The notes under the pieces are model-generated. The model saw only the letters and a list, made by a program, of their open reading frames with translations. It ran no database searches and had not been told where the DNA came from. From the IMG/VR virus record IMGVR_UViG_3300034691_000044, positions 9,601 through 73,600 of that record: DNA of 64,000 nt; one strand, given 5' to 3'. The DNA comes from a virus (taxonomy: Duplodnaviria; Caudoviricetes). Made by a program: the position numbers and the translations under genes. Shown here piece by piece: positions 18,274-27,055 of this stretch; positions within the stretch are counted from its first letter, which is position 1, and each line of letters begins with the position of its first letter.

Positions 18274-18510
18274 ATGCGTATATTCATTCTGAAGTTCGAC
18301 AATACCGTCGAGGTTACGGAGTCTTTTTCCGACCACCCGTACTACACCCACAAGAACTACCAGAAAGGTCAGGTATTCTGCGAGAGGCTTGTAGGCAAGA
18401 GTGATTATTGGTGCGTACTGCACCGAGACCACAAAGGTAATGGCCCCTCGTGGGTTCATTCTGTAAAAGTACCAAAAGAAGTGCTATTCGCACGAATGCT
18501 CGTAGATTAG
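18274..18510 (+). CDS. VPE-tail family paralogue 12
   Basis: Ends KVPKEVLFARMLVD. Confidence 0.75.
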   Translation: MRIFILKFDNTVEVTESFSDHPYYTHKNYQKGQVFCERLVGKSDYWCVLHRDHKGNGPSWVHSVKVPKEVLFARMLVD

Positions 18511-18520
18511 GAGAAGATCC

Positions 18521-19450
18521 ATGAAACTGACACACATGCTCACTGACGACATGCAAAAGGCAAACGAGTATCGATTTGCCAAACAGCATATCGACAAGTA
18601 CATGCGTGACTACGTGCTGAACGACCCTGAAGTCCTGCCCCTGCTGGACAAAGGCGTGGACTTGCTCACCGCCTGGGTCAATACCGAGTTCAGCTACGCA
18701 TCGAAGAACCTCCGGGTCAGTGCCCTACGGGGTATGGACCTGCGTCAGCTCGTTACTGATCTGATTGTGGCCTCGGCCTTCTGCCAGGTGGAAGAACTGT
18801 TCACCAGCTTCACAGCGCGCATGGCCGGCATCCTCGGCTGGGACGATAAGAAGGCCAGCATCACTACCATCGCGGAAATCACCGCGGTGCTATGCGACAC
18901 CGATCTGTATGACCTGACCCAGGCCAACCGGTTCGGCAGCTGGAACATCATCAGCAACATCACGCTGTCCTTGCAATTGCAGGAGTACATCAGCAACTGC
19001 GCATATCTGCCTCCGCTGGTGCATCCACCGAAGAAGCTGCGCCACAACAAGGACACGCCGTATCTGACCATTGGTCAAGACTCGGTGATCCTGAATAAGG
19101 GTCACCATAACGACGATGTGTGCCTTGATGTACTGGATTCAAAGAATTCCGTGGCATTGAGCCTGGACCTGGACTTCCTCTGCAAAGTAGAGGAAGAATC
19201 AAACAGTGAGTTGGATACTCCCGAAAAGCAAACCATGTGGTTGAACATGAAGCGCCAGTCGCACGAGTTCTACTTGCTCATGGCTGGCCAAGGCAATAAG
19301 TTCTACTTGCATCACAAATACGATAAACGTGGGCGTATCTACGCCAATGGTTATCACATCTCGACTCAGGGTGCGCCCTTCAAAAAGGCATGCTTAGAGT
19401 TCGCCAATAAAGAAGTCGTATCCGACATCCCACAGGAGTTTCAATTATGA
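18521..19450 (+). CDS. RNA polymerase II subunit 1 (N4 gp15-like)
   Basis: FYLHHKYDKRGRIYANGYHISTQG (DxRGRxY motif of T7-like RNAPs). Confidence 0.92.
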   Translation: MKLTHMLTDDMQKANEYRFAKQHIDKYMRDYVLNDPEVLPLLDKGVDLLTAWVNTEFSYASKNLRVSALRGMDLRQLVTDLIVASAFCQVEELFTSFTARMAGILGWDDKKASITTIAEITAVLCDTDLYDLTQANRFGSWNIISNITLSLQLQEYISNCAYLPPLVHPPKKLRHNKDTPYLTIGQDSVILNKGHHNDDVCLDVLDSKNSVALSLDLDFLCKVEEESNSELDTPEKQTMWLNMKRQSHEFYLLMAGQGNKFYLHHKYDKRGRIYANGYHISTQGAPFKKACLEFANKEVVSDIPQEFQL

Positions 19451-19887
19451 GCACTGAAAAGCAGCTGTACCTTGCACTGAAGAACATTCTGGAGCCATAC
19501 CGTTCAGGTATGGAATCGGGAGACTGGTGCGGTGAGCCAAATGCCCAGACAAAAAAGGAAATTGCTGACGCTGAGGAAGCATTAGCGTGCTTTGAACTGG
19601 ACCTTGGCCCGTTGCCTGATTGGGCATCTGCCCACAACATTGCACAAGAACCTGTGACATATGCACAGCTTTTCACCCGGAACCCTCGCCGTAATGGCAA
19701 TGCCATGATCTTCTACGTAGGTACTTCCCATTTCGGTGTTATCACCGACATGGGTAACGCTATGACACTGAGTCTTGTGGAGTTGCATCAATTGTACGAG
19801 ATTGGTGACTACATCATGGACGAACGTGGTTATGAGAAGCGTAAGCGCCAACGTGACGATTATATGGTTCCGTTGGAGGCTGACTGA
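19447..19887 (+). CDS. Hypothetical protein
   Basis: 146 aa, coupled to RNAP1; AQLFTRNPRRNGNA motif. Confidence 0.7.
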   Translation: MSTEKQLYLALKNILEPYRSGMESGDWCGEPNAQTKKEIADAEEALACFELDLGPLPDWASAHNIAQEPVTYAQLFTRNPRRNGNAMIFYVGTSHFGVITDMGNAMTLSLVELHQLYEIGDYIMDERGYEKRKRQRDDYMVPLEAD

Positions 19888-20177
19888 TGGCAAGACTGTT
19901 CATTCGGCATAAACCGGTGGATTGCAACGTACAGATGGGCAAGTCCAGCGAAAATATGTTCTTAATGCGTCGTGATGTACTAACTGCGCATGGAATTAGC
20001 CTGGATGCTTACTCAATCGACTGTGCATACGTCTGTGTTGCGCATGAAGGTAAGATATGGGCAGTAAGGAGCTTCGGGGCACACCCTGAAAGCTCCATTG
20101 TCCGTGTGCAGTGCGTTCCTCTAGACGATCAGCCATGTGTGCAACAGATGCTGCTGACTGGCATGATTCTCAATTAA
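19887..20177 (+). CDS. Hypothetical protein, possible divergent VPE-tail member
   Basis: 96 aa, coupled; ends QPCVQQMLLTGMILN. Confidence 0.65.
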   Translation: MARLFIRHKPVDCNVQMGKSSENMFLMRRDVLTAHGISLDAYSIDCAYVCVAHEGKIWAVRSFGAHPESSIVRVQCVPLDDQPCVQQMLLTGMILN

Positions 20178-20192
20178 TTAAGGTGAATAACC

Positions 20193-21446
20193 ATGCGTAC
20201 ATACACTGCTTTTGAATTTCTGTGCATCGACATAGCGAACCAGAACGACTTAGATAAGAAGCTGTTCGAAGAACGAATCCAGTGGGTGAAAGAGAATTTC
20301 AACCGCCTGCTGTTCCTTCAAACCAGCAAGAAAGAACGTCCGCTGTACCTCAAGGCTGTGAACGCCCTGTACCGCGCCTGCAAGGGCGAGGCTATCGGCC
20401 ACATGGTTGGCCTAGATGCAACCTGCTCGGGCATGAGCATCATGTCCGTAGTCACCAAGTGCTATAAAGGATGCCTGGCCACAAACCTGATCGACCCGGA
20501 CTCCCGGAACGATGCCTACACCATGGTCACCAACGCCGCTGGCGATATGCTGGATGGCGACTTGATCGTCACCCGGCAAGATGCCAAAGACGCAACCATG
20601 ACCACTCTGTACGGTTCCCAAGCCAAGCCGCGTGAGATCTTCGGTACTGATACCGAGGAACTGGATGCTTTCTATGCTGGCTTGGTGGCGACTGCACCAA
20701 AGGCTGTGGAACTGCTGGGTGACCTGCGCATGGCGTGGCAACCCTTTGCCCTGGAACACCGTTGGGTATGCCCGGACAACTTCAACGTCCGCATCAAGGT
20801 GATGCAGAAGGTGGAAGGTGAGCGTGTGGAAGTCGACGAACTCGACGGTGCATCGTTCACCTACGAGTATTACGTCAACGAAGGCACCAAAACTGACCTG
20901 AAGCTAGTGGCCAATGTGACTCACTCACTGGACGCCTACCTGCTCCGTTCTATGGAGCGCCGCTGCAACTACGATCAATCCAAAGTGCAAACTGCCCTAT
21001 ATATCTTGGGCGGGATGCAAGATGGTCGCCGTATGGGCGAGGAAGTCGAACAAGACTTGGGCGAAGCCTCCAACCTTGCACAACAGCTCATTGCTGTGTG
21101 GGGTGGCTGTGAAATGCCTGATGCTCGCTTGCTCAACGAGCTTACTCGTACTGACGTGCAGTTCATGAGTGATAAGCACATTGAGCAGATGATTGCATTG
21201 GCAAACCAGTTGCTGGAACGTGAACCATTCGAAATCGTGACGGTGCATGATGAATTTAAATGCCACGCCAACAATTGCAACTGGATGCGTCTCACTTACG
21301 CACAAATCATGGCCGACCTGGCCCGTGCGCGCGTACTTGAGGACATCTACGAGCAGATCACCGGCATGACGCCGACTTACAAAGACCAAATGGATGGAGA
21401 CGAGCTTGCAGCTCTGATCCTGAACTCAAACTACGCCTTGTCGTAA
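20193..21446 (+). CDS. RNA polymerase II subunit 2 (N4 gp16-like)
   Basis: Motif A LDATCSG, motif B RQDAKDATMTTLYGS, ANVTHSLDA, motif C TVHDEF. Confidence 0.95.
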   Translation: MRTYTAFEFLCIDIANQNDLDKKLFEERIQWVKENFNRLLFLQTSKKERPLYLKAVNALYRACKGEAIGHMVGLDATCSGMSIMSVVTKCYKGCLATNLIDPDSRNDAYTMVTNAAGDMLDGDLIVTRQDAKDATMTTLYGSQAKPREIFGTDTEELDAFYAGLVATAPKAVELLGDLRMAWQPFALEHRWVCPDNFNVRIKVMQKVEGERVEVDELDGASFTYEYYVNEGTKTDLKLVANVTHSLDAYLLRSMERRCNYDQSKVQTALYILGGMQDGRRMGEEVEQDLGEASNLAQQLIAVWGGCEMPDARLLNELTRTDVQFMSDKHIEQMIALANQLLEREPFEIVTVHDEFKCHANNCNWMRLTYAQIMADLARARVLEDIYEQITGMTPTYKDQMDGDELAALILNSNYALS

Positions 21447-21454
21447 GAAGAAGC

Positions 21455-21484
21455 GTGCGGTCCCCGCACTTGGATGATCCTTCC
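21455..21484 (+). repeat. Conserved hairpin element copy 1
   Basis: GTGCGG-TCC-CCGCAC-TTGGATGATCCTTCC; second copy at 25726. Confidence 0.7.
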
Positions 21485-21512
21485 CCTCACGGGGGAGGAG
21501 ATTCTTTTTTTC
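21478..21512 (+). terminator. Terminator after RNAP2
   Basis: TCCTTCCCC-TCAC-GGGGGAGGA then T run. Confidence 0.7.
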
Positions 21513-21541
21513 TTGAGAAGACGCCCTAGAAGAGGGCTGAG

Positions 21542-22306
21542 GTGAGTAAACCAATGATTAAAGACAAATTCGCAGCTGAGCTTGCTCAAGCTGCCGAGAA
21601 CGTGGCCAACCACACAGTCGAACTGGTTTCGGGTGTTGGCAAGTATGGCACCAATGAAATCTGGCGCTGCACCAACAATGGCAGTTCCTGCTACGGCTTT
21701 GACCTTGTCATCAGCCGCTTCGGCATTGCCATGTATGGCGACGTTGATTCGCTGGTGTTTGGGGTTGGTTCCAGTTATGGAATCGAGTTCCTGGCCCGCC
21801 AGTCAGTCTGTGGGTACATGATCAGCAAACTGGAACCGGAATATCGTGAGAAACGCGAGCTTGACGAAGACAAACTGCGCCAAGTACTAGTTGAGCAAGG
21901 ATGCCAGCTATTGGAAGCGGAGTTTGTGCCTTATGTGGAAGAAGGTCAGGACGACTACAATGGCTTGCCTGAATGGCTCCACAGTGCCGACTACCGTGAC
22001 CAGGATCTGAATAAGGTTCTGGAAGAGCTTAAAAAGCACGCGCCTGAACATCCCCATTGCAAATTCGAGGAATTCTGCGACTGCGTAGAAGAACTGCTAG
22101 AAGATCGTGCCCCTAACGGCCTTCAGGCAGTCGAAGCATTCCTTGCTGAGAACTGCACCGAGTTGTATCTCGGGCCAGAGTGGTATGAGTACGCAATCTC
22201 TAAGCACGACAGTCGTTTGATTCAAAGACTGGAAATGCTGCGCTTGTGTGCATTGAAGATCGCAGAAGTAAAAAAGGCTGGTGATAGCACCGAGGAACAC
22301 GCATAA
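21542..22306 (+). CDS. Hypothetical protein
   Basis: 254 aa, GTG start with AGAGG RBS. Confidence 0.75.
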   Translation: MSKPMIKDKFAAELAQAAENVANHTVELVSGVGKYGTNEIWRCTNNGSSCYGFDLVISRFGIAMYGDVDSLVFGVGSSYGIEFLARQSVCGYMISKLEPEYREKRELDEDKLRQVLVEQGCQLLEAEFVPYVEEGQDDYNGLPEWLHSADYRDQDLNKVLEELKKHAPEHPHCKFEEFCDCVEELLEDRAPNGLQAVEAFLAENCTELYLGPEWYEYAISKHDSRLIQRLEMLRLCALKIAEVKKAGDSTEEHA

Positions 22307-22334
22307 AAAACAAAGCCAGCAATTAAGCTGGCCT
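22304..22334 (-). terminator. Terminator for minus-strand glycine-zipper gene
   Basis: GCCAGC-AATTAA-GCTGGC with A-rich flank on plus strand. Confidence 0.6.
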
Positions 22335-22353
22335 TGCCCACCTGCGGGAGCTT

Positions 22354-23235
22354 TTAGCTCACACGAGTGTTGGCCGCGGTCTGAGTACCAGATGCTGCCA
22401 TGGTGCCGCTGTTGAAGATGGTCTGACCTTGACGCACGACTTGAATGTCGTTGGCCAGGTTGCTGACCAGCGCATTCAGCTGAATGATGGCCTGAGTTTG
22501 TTGCTGGGACTGGTTTTGCGCCTGCATTTGCTGCGCAGTAGCAGTGTTGGTGTTCGTGATATTGATTTCAGTCTCACGAATGCGCCCGGTAGAACGTTGC
22601 TCTGCCAGGGCGGCTTCAGCCACAGTCAGCTGACGTTGCAGGTTGGCAGTGTTCTGATCATTCAGCGCTGCCAAGATTTCCTTGGTGCTCGAAGAAATAG
22701 CCACTTGAGTAGCGAACTGCGCGTCTTTAGTAGCGGTGAGGTTGGCAACGCCGTATGCGGCGACAGACTCACGAGTAGCAGCCGCCGAAGACAGGATGTT
22801 GGTGTTGAGGTTGTTTTGACTAGCCAGGGAAGTGGCAATCGCGTCAGAAACGTTTTTGTTGATGGTCGATTGACCCGTCAAGGTAGCCAACAGGTTGGTG
22901 TTCAGCTGGCCAGTAATGGCAGCTTGAGAGCCGGCCAATGCCAGTTGTACCTGACCTTCCGCCAGAGGGATCGACGCTTTAATGTCGCCCAGGCTCTGCA
23001 AGACAGTCGTGCTTTGCAGCGCATCCGTCACACCGGCCAGCCCAGCAGTCAGTTGGGTTGGTGTAACAAAACCTTCACCGGCTGCACGGGCTACTTCAGC
23101 ACCGTTGCCACCCAGGAGACCACGGTTGCCCAGTAGGGCACCGCCCAGAATACCACCCAGAAGCCCGCCGCCCAGGCCAGCGCCGAGACCCGCACCAGCG
23201 CCGCCACCACCTGCCAATTCGATTACGTCAGTCAT
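22354..23235 (-). CDS. Glycine-zipper, Ala/Gln/Thr-rich coiled-coil protein (possible virion protein)
   Basis: About 293 aa; N-terminal GAGLGAGLGGGLLGGILGGALLG; lone minus-strand gene in middle region; AAGGTGA RBS. Confidence 0.8.
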   Translation of the reverse strand: MTDVIELAGGGGAGAGLGAGLGGGLLGGILGGALLGNRGLLGGNGAEVARAAGEGFVTPTQLTAGLAGVTDALQSTTVLQSLGDIKASIPLAEGQVQLALAGSQAAITGQLNTNLLATLTGQSTINKNVSDAIATSLASQNNLNTNILSSAAATRESVAAYGVANLTATKDAQFATQVAISSSTKEILAALNDQNTANLQRQLTVAEAALAEQRSTGRIRETEINITNTNTATAQQMQAQNQSQQQTQAIIQLNALVSNLANDIQVVRQGQTIFNSGTMAASGTQTAANTRVS

Positions 23236-23407
23236 TATGTTCACCTTTTCAAACGGTTTTAGATGTACCGCTCAAAAAGCATGAACCATTTTTAGGTGTC
23301 GTAGTTCACACCTCTTTGAATGTAACAGCAGAGTGTTTCCTGCACTGTTTACTCCATTTGGCAATAGGGATATAAGTATTCCGCCAAATGTCACAATGGA
23401 GTGTTAC

Positions 23408-23584
23408 ATGAAAAAATGTGTTATGTGCGGAAGCAAATTGCAGGCATGCTTAGAGTGTGGTGAGTTTTTTCACTCCACGAACGAGAAGCATGTTTATTGC
23501 CGCAGTCGGTGTCGCACACGCAAACATCGGCGGCTGGCAGCAGACAATTTTAAAACCAGTGAAATAGGTGAGCTAAATGGCTGA
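23408..23584 (+). CDS. Small zinc-finger protein
   Basis: CVMC..CLECGEFF..YCRSRCR; GGAG RBS. Confidence 0.6.
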   Translation: MKKCVMCGSKLQACLECGEFFHSTNEKHVYCRSRCRTRKHRRLAADNFKTSEIGELNG

Positions 23585-24017
23585 TTTAATGGGACTTGTT
23601 GGGCAATACGGTGATGTAGCTGCACAGGTTATCGGCAAAGTATCCGCGCTTAAAAAGCGGCTGGATAATAGCCATTCGACGTACTCCGCTGAGCATGCAG
23701 CCATCTTTGAAGAGATGGGTATTCTGCAAGCAGAAATCAACGAAGTTGCTTCGGTACTCCGCAACCACATCAATATTGATGAAATGGCGCGGGTAGCTGA
23801 GGCGCAAGAATTTGCGTTAGTAGAAGACGCAGTAGTTGAAGAAGCCGGCGAACTCGCCGCAATTCAAACCGAACTGCATGCTGCTGCTTGTGCAGTTTGC
23901 GAAGATGCCCGAGCAACTGTATTACAGATGACGAATACCCAAACGGGTGTTAAACGTCCTCTGATGTTGGTCGATGGCAACTTGATTGAAAAGTTGAGAA
24001 AACACACCTCTTATTAA
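23577..24017 (+). CDS. Hypothetical protein
   Basis: 146 aa, AGGTGAG RBS. Confidence 0.7.
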   Translation: MADLMGLVGQYGDVAAQVIGKVSALKKRLDNSHSTYSAEHAAIFEEMGILQAEINEVASVLRNHINIDEMARVAEAQEFALVEDAVVEEAGELAAIQTELHAAACAVCEDARATVLQMTNTQTGVKRPLMLVDGNLIEKLRKHTSY

Positions 24018-24032
24018 CAGCACTTTGTGCAA

Positions 24033-24062
24033 AGGCGTACTTTTTAGTACGCCTATTTTTTT
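24033..24062 (+). terminator. Rho-independent terminator
   Basis: AGGCGTACT-TTTT-AGTACGCCT then T7. Confidence 0.8.
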
Positions 24063-24082
24063 ACCTAAATTAAGGCATTCAA

Positions 24083-24307
24083 ATGATCGCAGATGGCATA
24101 GAAGTTTCCCAAGAAGCAGTAGACAAGGCCACTGTGTGGGCTTGTACCCAATTGCACTTCACCTATGGTGAATTGCAGCACCAGTTGCGGCTGTATCGCG
24201 TACATGATGATGCAATTCATCGTGCCGCTGATCGTCTGCTGCAAAAGTGGAAGAAAGACGGCAAAGTCGTATTCCGTAAGAGCCAGTGGCATTGGCAAGG
24301 TGCGTAA
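24083..24307 (+). CDS. Hypothetical protein (winged-helix-like)
   Basis: 74 aa; RAADRLLQKWKKDGKV..W. Confidence 0.65.
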   Translation: MIADGIEVSQEAVDKATVWACTQLHFTYGELQHQLRLYRVHDDAIHRAADRLLQKWKKDGKVVFRKSQWHWQGA

Positions 24308-24582
24308 TGCACGCGACAAAGATCATTGAGCAGTACGAATCTATCACAGGGGAATCTTTCCAGGCCGCGTTGAATCGCATGGCCAAAGAGAACCGGACTG
24401 GTACTGAAGCTGCTGAATTTCTTGGTTTCTGCGACAAGCAACGCCTTGACATTGTAATCAAACGTCTTGGCTACGAGCCTGTCGCATTCCGCGGCCGGCG
24501 TATGCCTGGTATGTCCAAATCGGCACAACGTGCCCGGAGAGCAAGACAACGTGAAAAAGATCGGGGAACCCCGTCGGCATGA
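24307..24582 (+). CDS. Hypothetical HTH-like protein
   Basis: TGTEAAEFLGF; coupled start. Confidence 0.6.
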   Translation: MHATKIIEQYESITGESFQAALNRMAKENRTGTEAAEFLGFCDKQRLDIVIKRLGYEPVAFRGRRMPGMSKSAQRARRARQREKDRGTPSA

Positions 24583-24832
24583 GGTCGACGCAGTAGAAGT
24601 TCAACGCATCGCATTCCTCGTTGAGGAGTCGGATGTGGGTAAGACCCAAAAGATGTACTTGGGGCAAACGCCCTACACCTTCCTGCCCGACGACGTAGGT
24701 CGTCTGTTGGAAGTGGTCAAAAACAAATCCCCGGGCTTTATGTCTTGGGGTTTCGGTTCCATCTTCGCGGATCTGCGTGAGCAGTTCCCGAATCCTAAAC
24801 CTTACATGGGGGCGCCCAGCGCCAAGGACTAA
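24551..24832 (+). CDS. Hypothetical protein
   Basis: GTG start after GGAG. Confidence 0.6.
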   Translation: MKKIGEPRRHEVDAVEVQRIAFLVEESDVGKTQKMYLGQTPYTFLPDDVGRLLEVVKNKSPGFMSWGFGSIFADLREQFPNPKPYMGAPSAKD

Positions 24833-24834
24833 AT

Positions 24835-25023
24835 ATGCCTGTCATTAAGCATTCGTTCGCCGGTTTGACTGGCGACCCGTTCTCCAATCTGACCGTAGAA
24901 GTGACGGACGATAAAGTTCTGATTTCTTCAGGCAGTTACGAGAAAGAAGTTACTGTTGCTTTAACGCATACGGAAACACAACGTTTGATCCGAACCCTGA
25001 ATAAGGAGTTGGATCGTGCCTAA
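24835..25023 (+). CDS. Hypothetical protein
   Basis: AAGGA RBS, 62 aa. Confidence 0.6.
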   Translation: MPVIKHSFAGLTGDPFSNLTVEVTDDKVLISSGSYEKEVTVALTHTETQRLIRTLNKELDRA

Positions 25024-25198
25024 AATGAAGATATTCAGTGTGGTCTGGATCGACCAAGGCAATTGTGAAATTGCCGAGGTGCGTATCGAGGCTTGCACCA
25101 TCCCCGGGGCATTTGCACCTGCATATAACGGCCTGTCCCGTAAACAATTCGCGGCTGTCCAAAAGGAAGCCGTTTCCGTCGTAGTTAAGGAGCTGTAA
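25016..25198 (+). CDS. Hypothetical protein
   Basis: AAGGAG RBS, 60 aa. Confidence 0.6.
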   Translation: MPKMKIFSVVWIDQGNCEIAEVRIEACTIPGAFAPAYNGLSRKQFAAVQKEAVSVVVKEL

Positions 25199-25497
25199 TG
25201 ATCCGACAGTACAAACTGTTAAGCGACAGCAAAATTGAACCGCAAGCGGTCAAAGGCTCTGTTGTCTACAAATCTGCGAAGCATGACTACGGTTGTGCTT
25301 CTGATGACACCCGCCATACGGGTATTCAGCATATCAGCGTGACTTTCAAAGCTGATGGCGATTATCCGTTTTTCACCCACCCATTGAACCAACTTGAGGA
25401 AATTCTCAGTGAGCAAGAACAACCAACGCAACCAATCCGAAATCAACCTGGGCAACGAGACCTACAATCGTGGGTATTCCGACGGTTTGGTGGGTAA
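25198..25497 (+). CDS. Hypothetical protein
   Basis: AAGGAG RBS; DYGCASDDT..G..HISVT..GDYPFFT. Confidence 0.7.
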   Translation: MIRQYKLLSDSKIEPQAVKGSVVYKSAKHDYGCASDDTRHTGIQHISVTFKADGDYPFFTHPLNQLEEILSEQEQPTQPIRNQPGQRDLQSWVFRRFGG

Positions 25498-25717
25498 CCC
25501 CAAAACCATCAAGAAAACTCACCGGCATGCCCATCGTTACCACATCGGCTACCGTCACGGCCAGGATCAAACCAAACGCGCAACCGGTGCCCCGCTGACC
25601 CTGATCAGTGAGAACGTGGCCCATGTTCACCACAAGCTGCCATCTTCTTCGGCGCCGTTGCCTACTGGCAAACCTGCTGGCTTCTGGGCGCGCTTTACTC
25701 GCTGGATGAAATCCTGA
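25409..25717 (+). CDS. Hypothetical protein
   Basis: GAGG RBS, GTG start; YNRGYSDG..YHIGYRHG. Confidence 0.6.
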   Translation: MSKNNQRNQSEINLGNETYNRGYSDGLVGNPKTIKKTHRHAHRYHIGYRHGQDQTKRATGAPLTLISENVAHVHHKLPSSSAPLPTGKPAGFWARFTRWMKS

Positions 25718-25725
25718 GTTGAGTT

Positions 25726-25755
25726 CTGCGGTCCCCGCAGTCTGGTGACCCTTCC
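25726..25755 (+). repeat. Conserved hairpin element copy 2
   Basis: CTGCGG-TCC-CCGCAG-TCTGGTGACCCTTCC. Confidence 0.7.
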
Positions 25756-25801
25756 ATAATTAAACGCCTGGGTACGCCCAGGCAACAGGAGCATATCCAA
25801 C

Positions 25802-26221
25802 ATGTCCAAAGCACAAAATCTGGCCATCCCCAAGAAGGCCGTGGATGCGTTCATCGCTTCCATGAATGGGAAGATGTCGCCGGCTGAACAAGCCGCTGCG
25901 GCCCGCACTTTGATCGACGCACTGAAGAAGGCATCCGCCCTGGTAGATAAAGGCTACCACCGGAAAGAGCTGACCGTCTGTGACGTGAAGCTGGGCTATG
26001 CCAGCCCGAAAGATGTCGATCGATTCCTGCGTGATGAAATTCCTCGACTAACGGTGTATCGTAGCAAGAAACCCGCCCGAAATATGGGCGTATTCTCGCA
26101 ACGACCGCCAAAGGTCTACAAGGAACGCCAGTCATGCACGACCGAGAAAAAGAGTACCGTCAATACTACTACGGGGACTCGCAAAAGGGCTGCAAAGCCG
26201 AAAGAATCGTCTACGCAGTAG
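25802..26221 (+). CDS. Hypothetical basic protein
   Basis: AGGAG RBS. Confidence 0.7.
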   Translation: MSKAQNLAIPKKAVDAFIASMNGKMSPAEQAAAARTLIDALKKASALVDKGYHRKELTVCDVKLGYASPKDVDRFLRDEIPRLTVYRSKKPARNMGVFSQRPPKVYKERQSCTTEKKSTVNTTTGTRKRAAKPKESSTQ

Positions 26222-26499
26222 CCGACGAAAAGCAAGTCCATATTCACTACATGCGCCATGACAACGTCATGGACGTGGTATCCACCAACGAAACGTCGTT
26301 GTTGCAGATGTTAGCCGCCCATCCGGGCAGTTTCGTCCACAGTAACCGACATATCATCATCCGTAAGCGATTCCTGCTCGGGTACGGACCTCAAGACCAC
26401 AACCCGAAGCAATTCGAGGCACATGTGCGCTTTGTACCACAACCGCTGGAAATTTCCCGGCGCCGTATCCGTTTGGCCAGGGACGCCCTAGTCAAATAG
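26134..26499 (+). CDS. LytTR-like DNA-binding domain protein
   Basis: ADEKQVHI...SL.Q...GSFVHSNRHIII...LEISRRR pattern. Confidence 0.6.
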   Translation: MHDREKEYRQYYYGDSQKGCKAERIVYAVADEKQVHIHYMRHDNVMDVVSTNETSLLQMLAAHPGSFVHSNRHIIIRKRFLLGYGPQDHNPKQFEAHVRFVPQPLEISRRRIRLARDALVK

Positions 26500-26507
26500 A
26501 GAACTGA

Positions 26508-26717
26508 ATGCTTCGTCCGAAATACATCCGCCATCTGAAAATTCGTTCCGAAAAGCTGCGTGCCATCATGCATGACATGTGGCTTCTCGGGAACGACTCC
26601 ATCGCTTACCCCCATGAGCCTGAAGGTATCGCTGAACGCCGCCAGGTGATCACCGACCGCCTGGTGCTCGAAGGGTACGCAACCCTCGAAGAAATCCCTG
26701 ATCCTCAACCGGAGTAA
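26508..26717 (+). CDS. Hypothetical protein
   Basis: 69 aa in operon. Confidence 0.6.
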   Translation: MLRPKYIRHLKIRSEKLRAIMHDMWLLGNDSIAYPHEPEGIAERRQVITDRLVLEGYATLEEIPDPQPE

Positions 26718-26721
26718 CGCC

Positions 26722-27054
26722 ATGTGGACTGTCCGTGATTCCGACGGTGCTGAAACGCTGCATTCGATTTACCCGAGCTGGGCAGACAGTCTGGAATACC
26801 TCACGGTGATTCCGTATGTCACCCAGGCCCGCTTTGACGCGGTATCGGCAGAGTTGGTTGAAACCAAAAAGCTGCTGAAAGATGCACAGAAATTCAGCCG
26901 GCGCCATGTGGCCGTGCTGCGAAACAACGCTGAGCGTATGCGAGAAGTCGAAGCGTGCAACAACCGCTACTACTCGGTGCTCCAGCGTTACAACCTCCTG
27001 GGCGCCCTGCCAGAAACTCTGGATGACACCCCAATCATTAGTGTAAAGGTGTGA
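26722..27054 (+). CDS. Hypothetical protein
   Basis: GGAG RBS, 110 aa. Confidence 0.65.
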   Translation: MWTVRDSDGAETLHSIYPSWADSLEYLTVIPYVTQARFDAVSAELVETKKLLKDAQKFSRRHVAVLRNNAERMREVEACNNRYYSVLQRYNLLGALPETLDDTPIISVKV

Positions 27055-27055
27055 T

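Noticed and set aside
15287-18510. CRISPR array, integron attC sites or DGR underlying the paralogue array
   Set aside because: No identical DNA repeats, no intergenic palindromic sites, and no integrase or reverse transcriptase gene in the window
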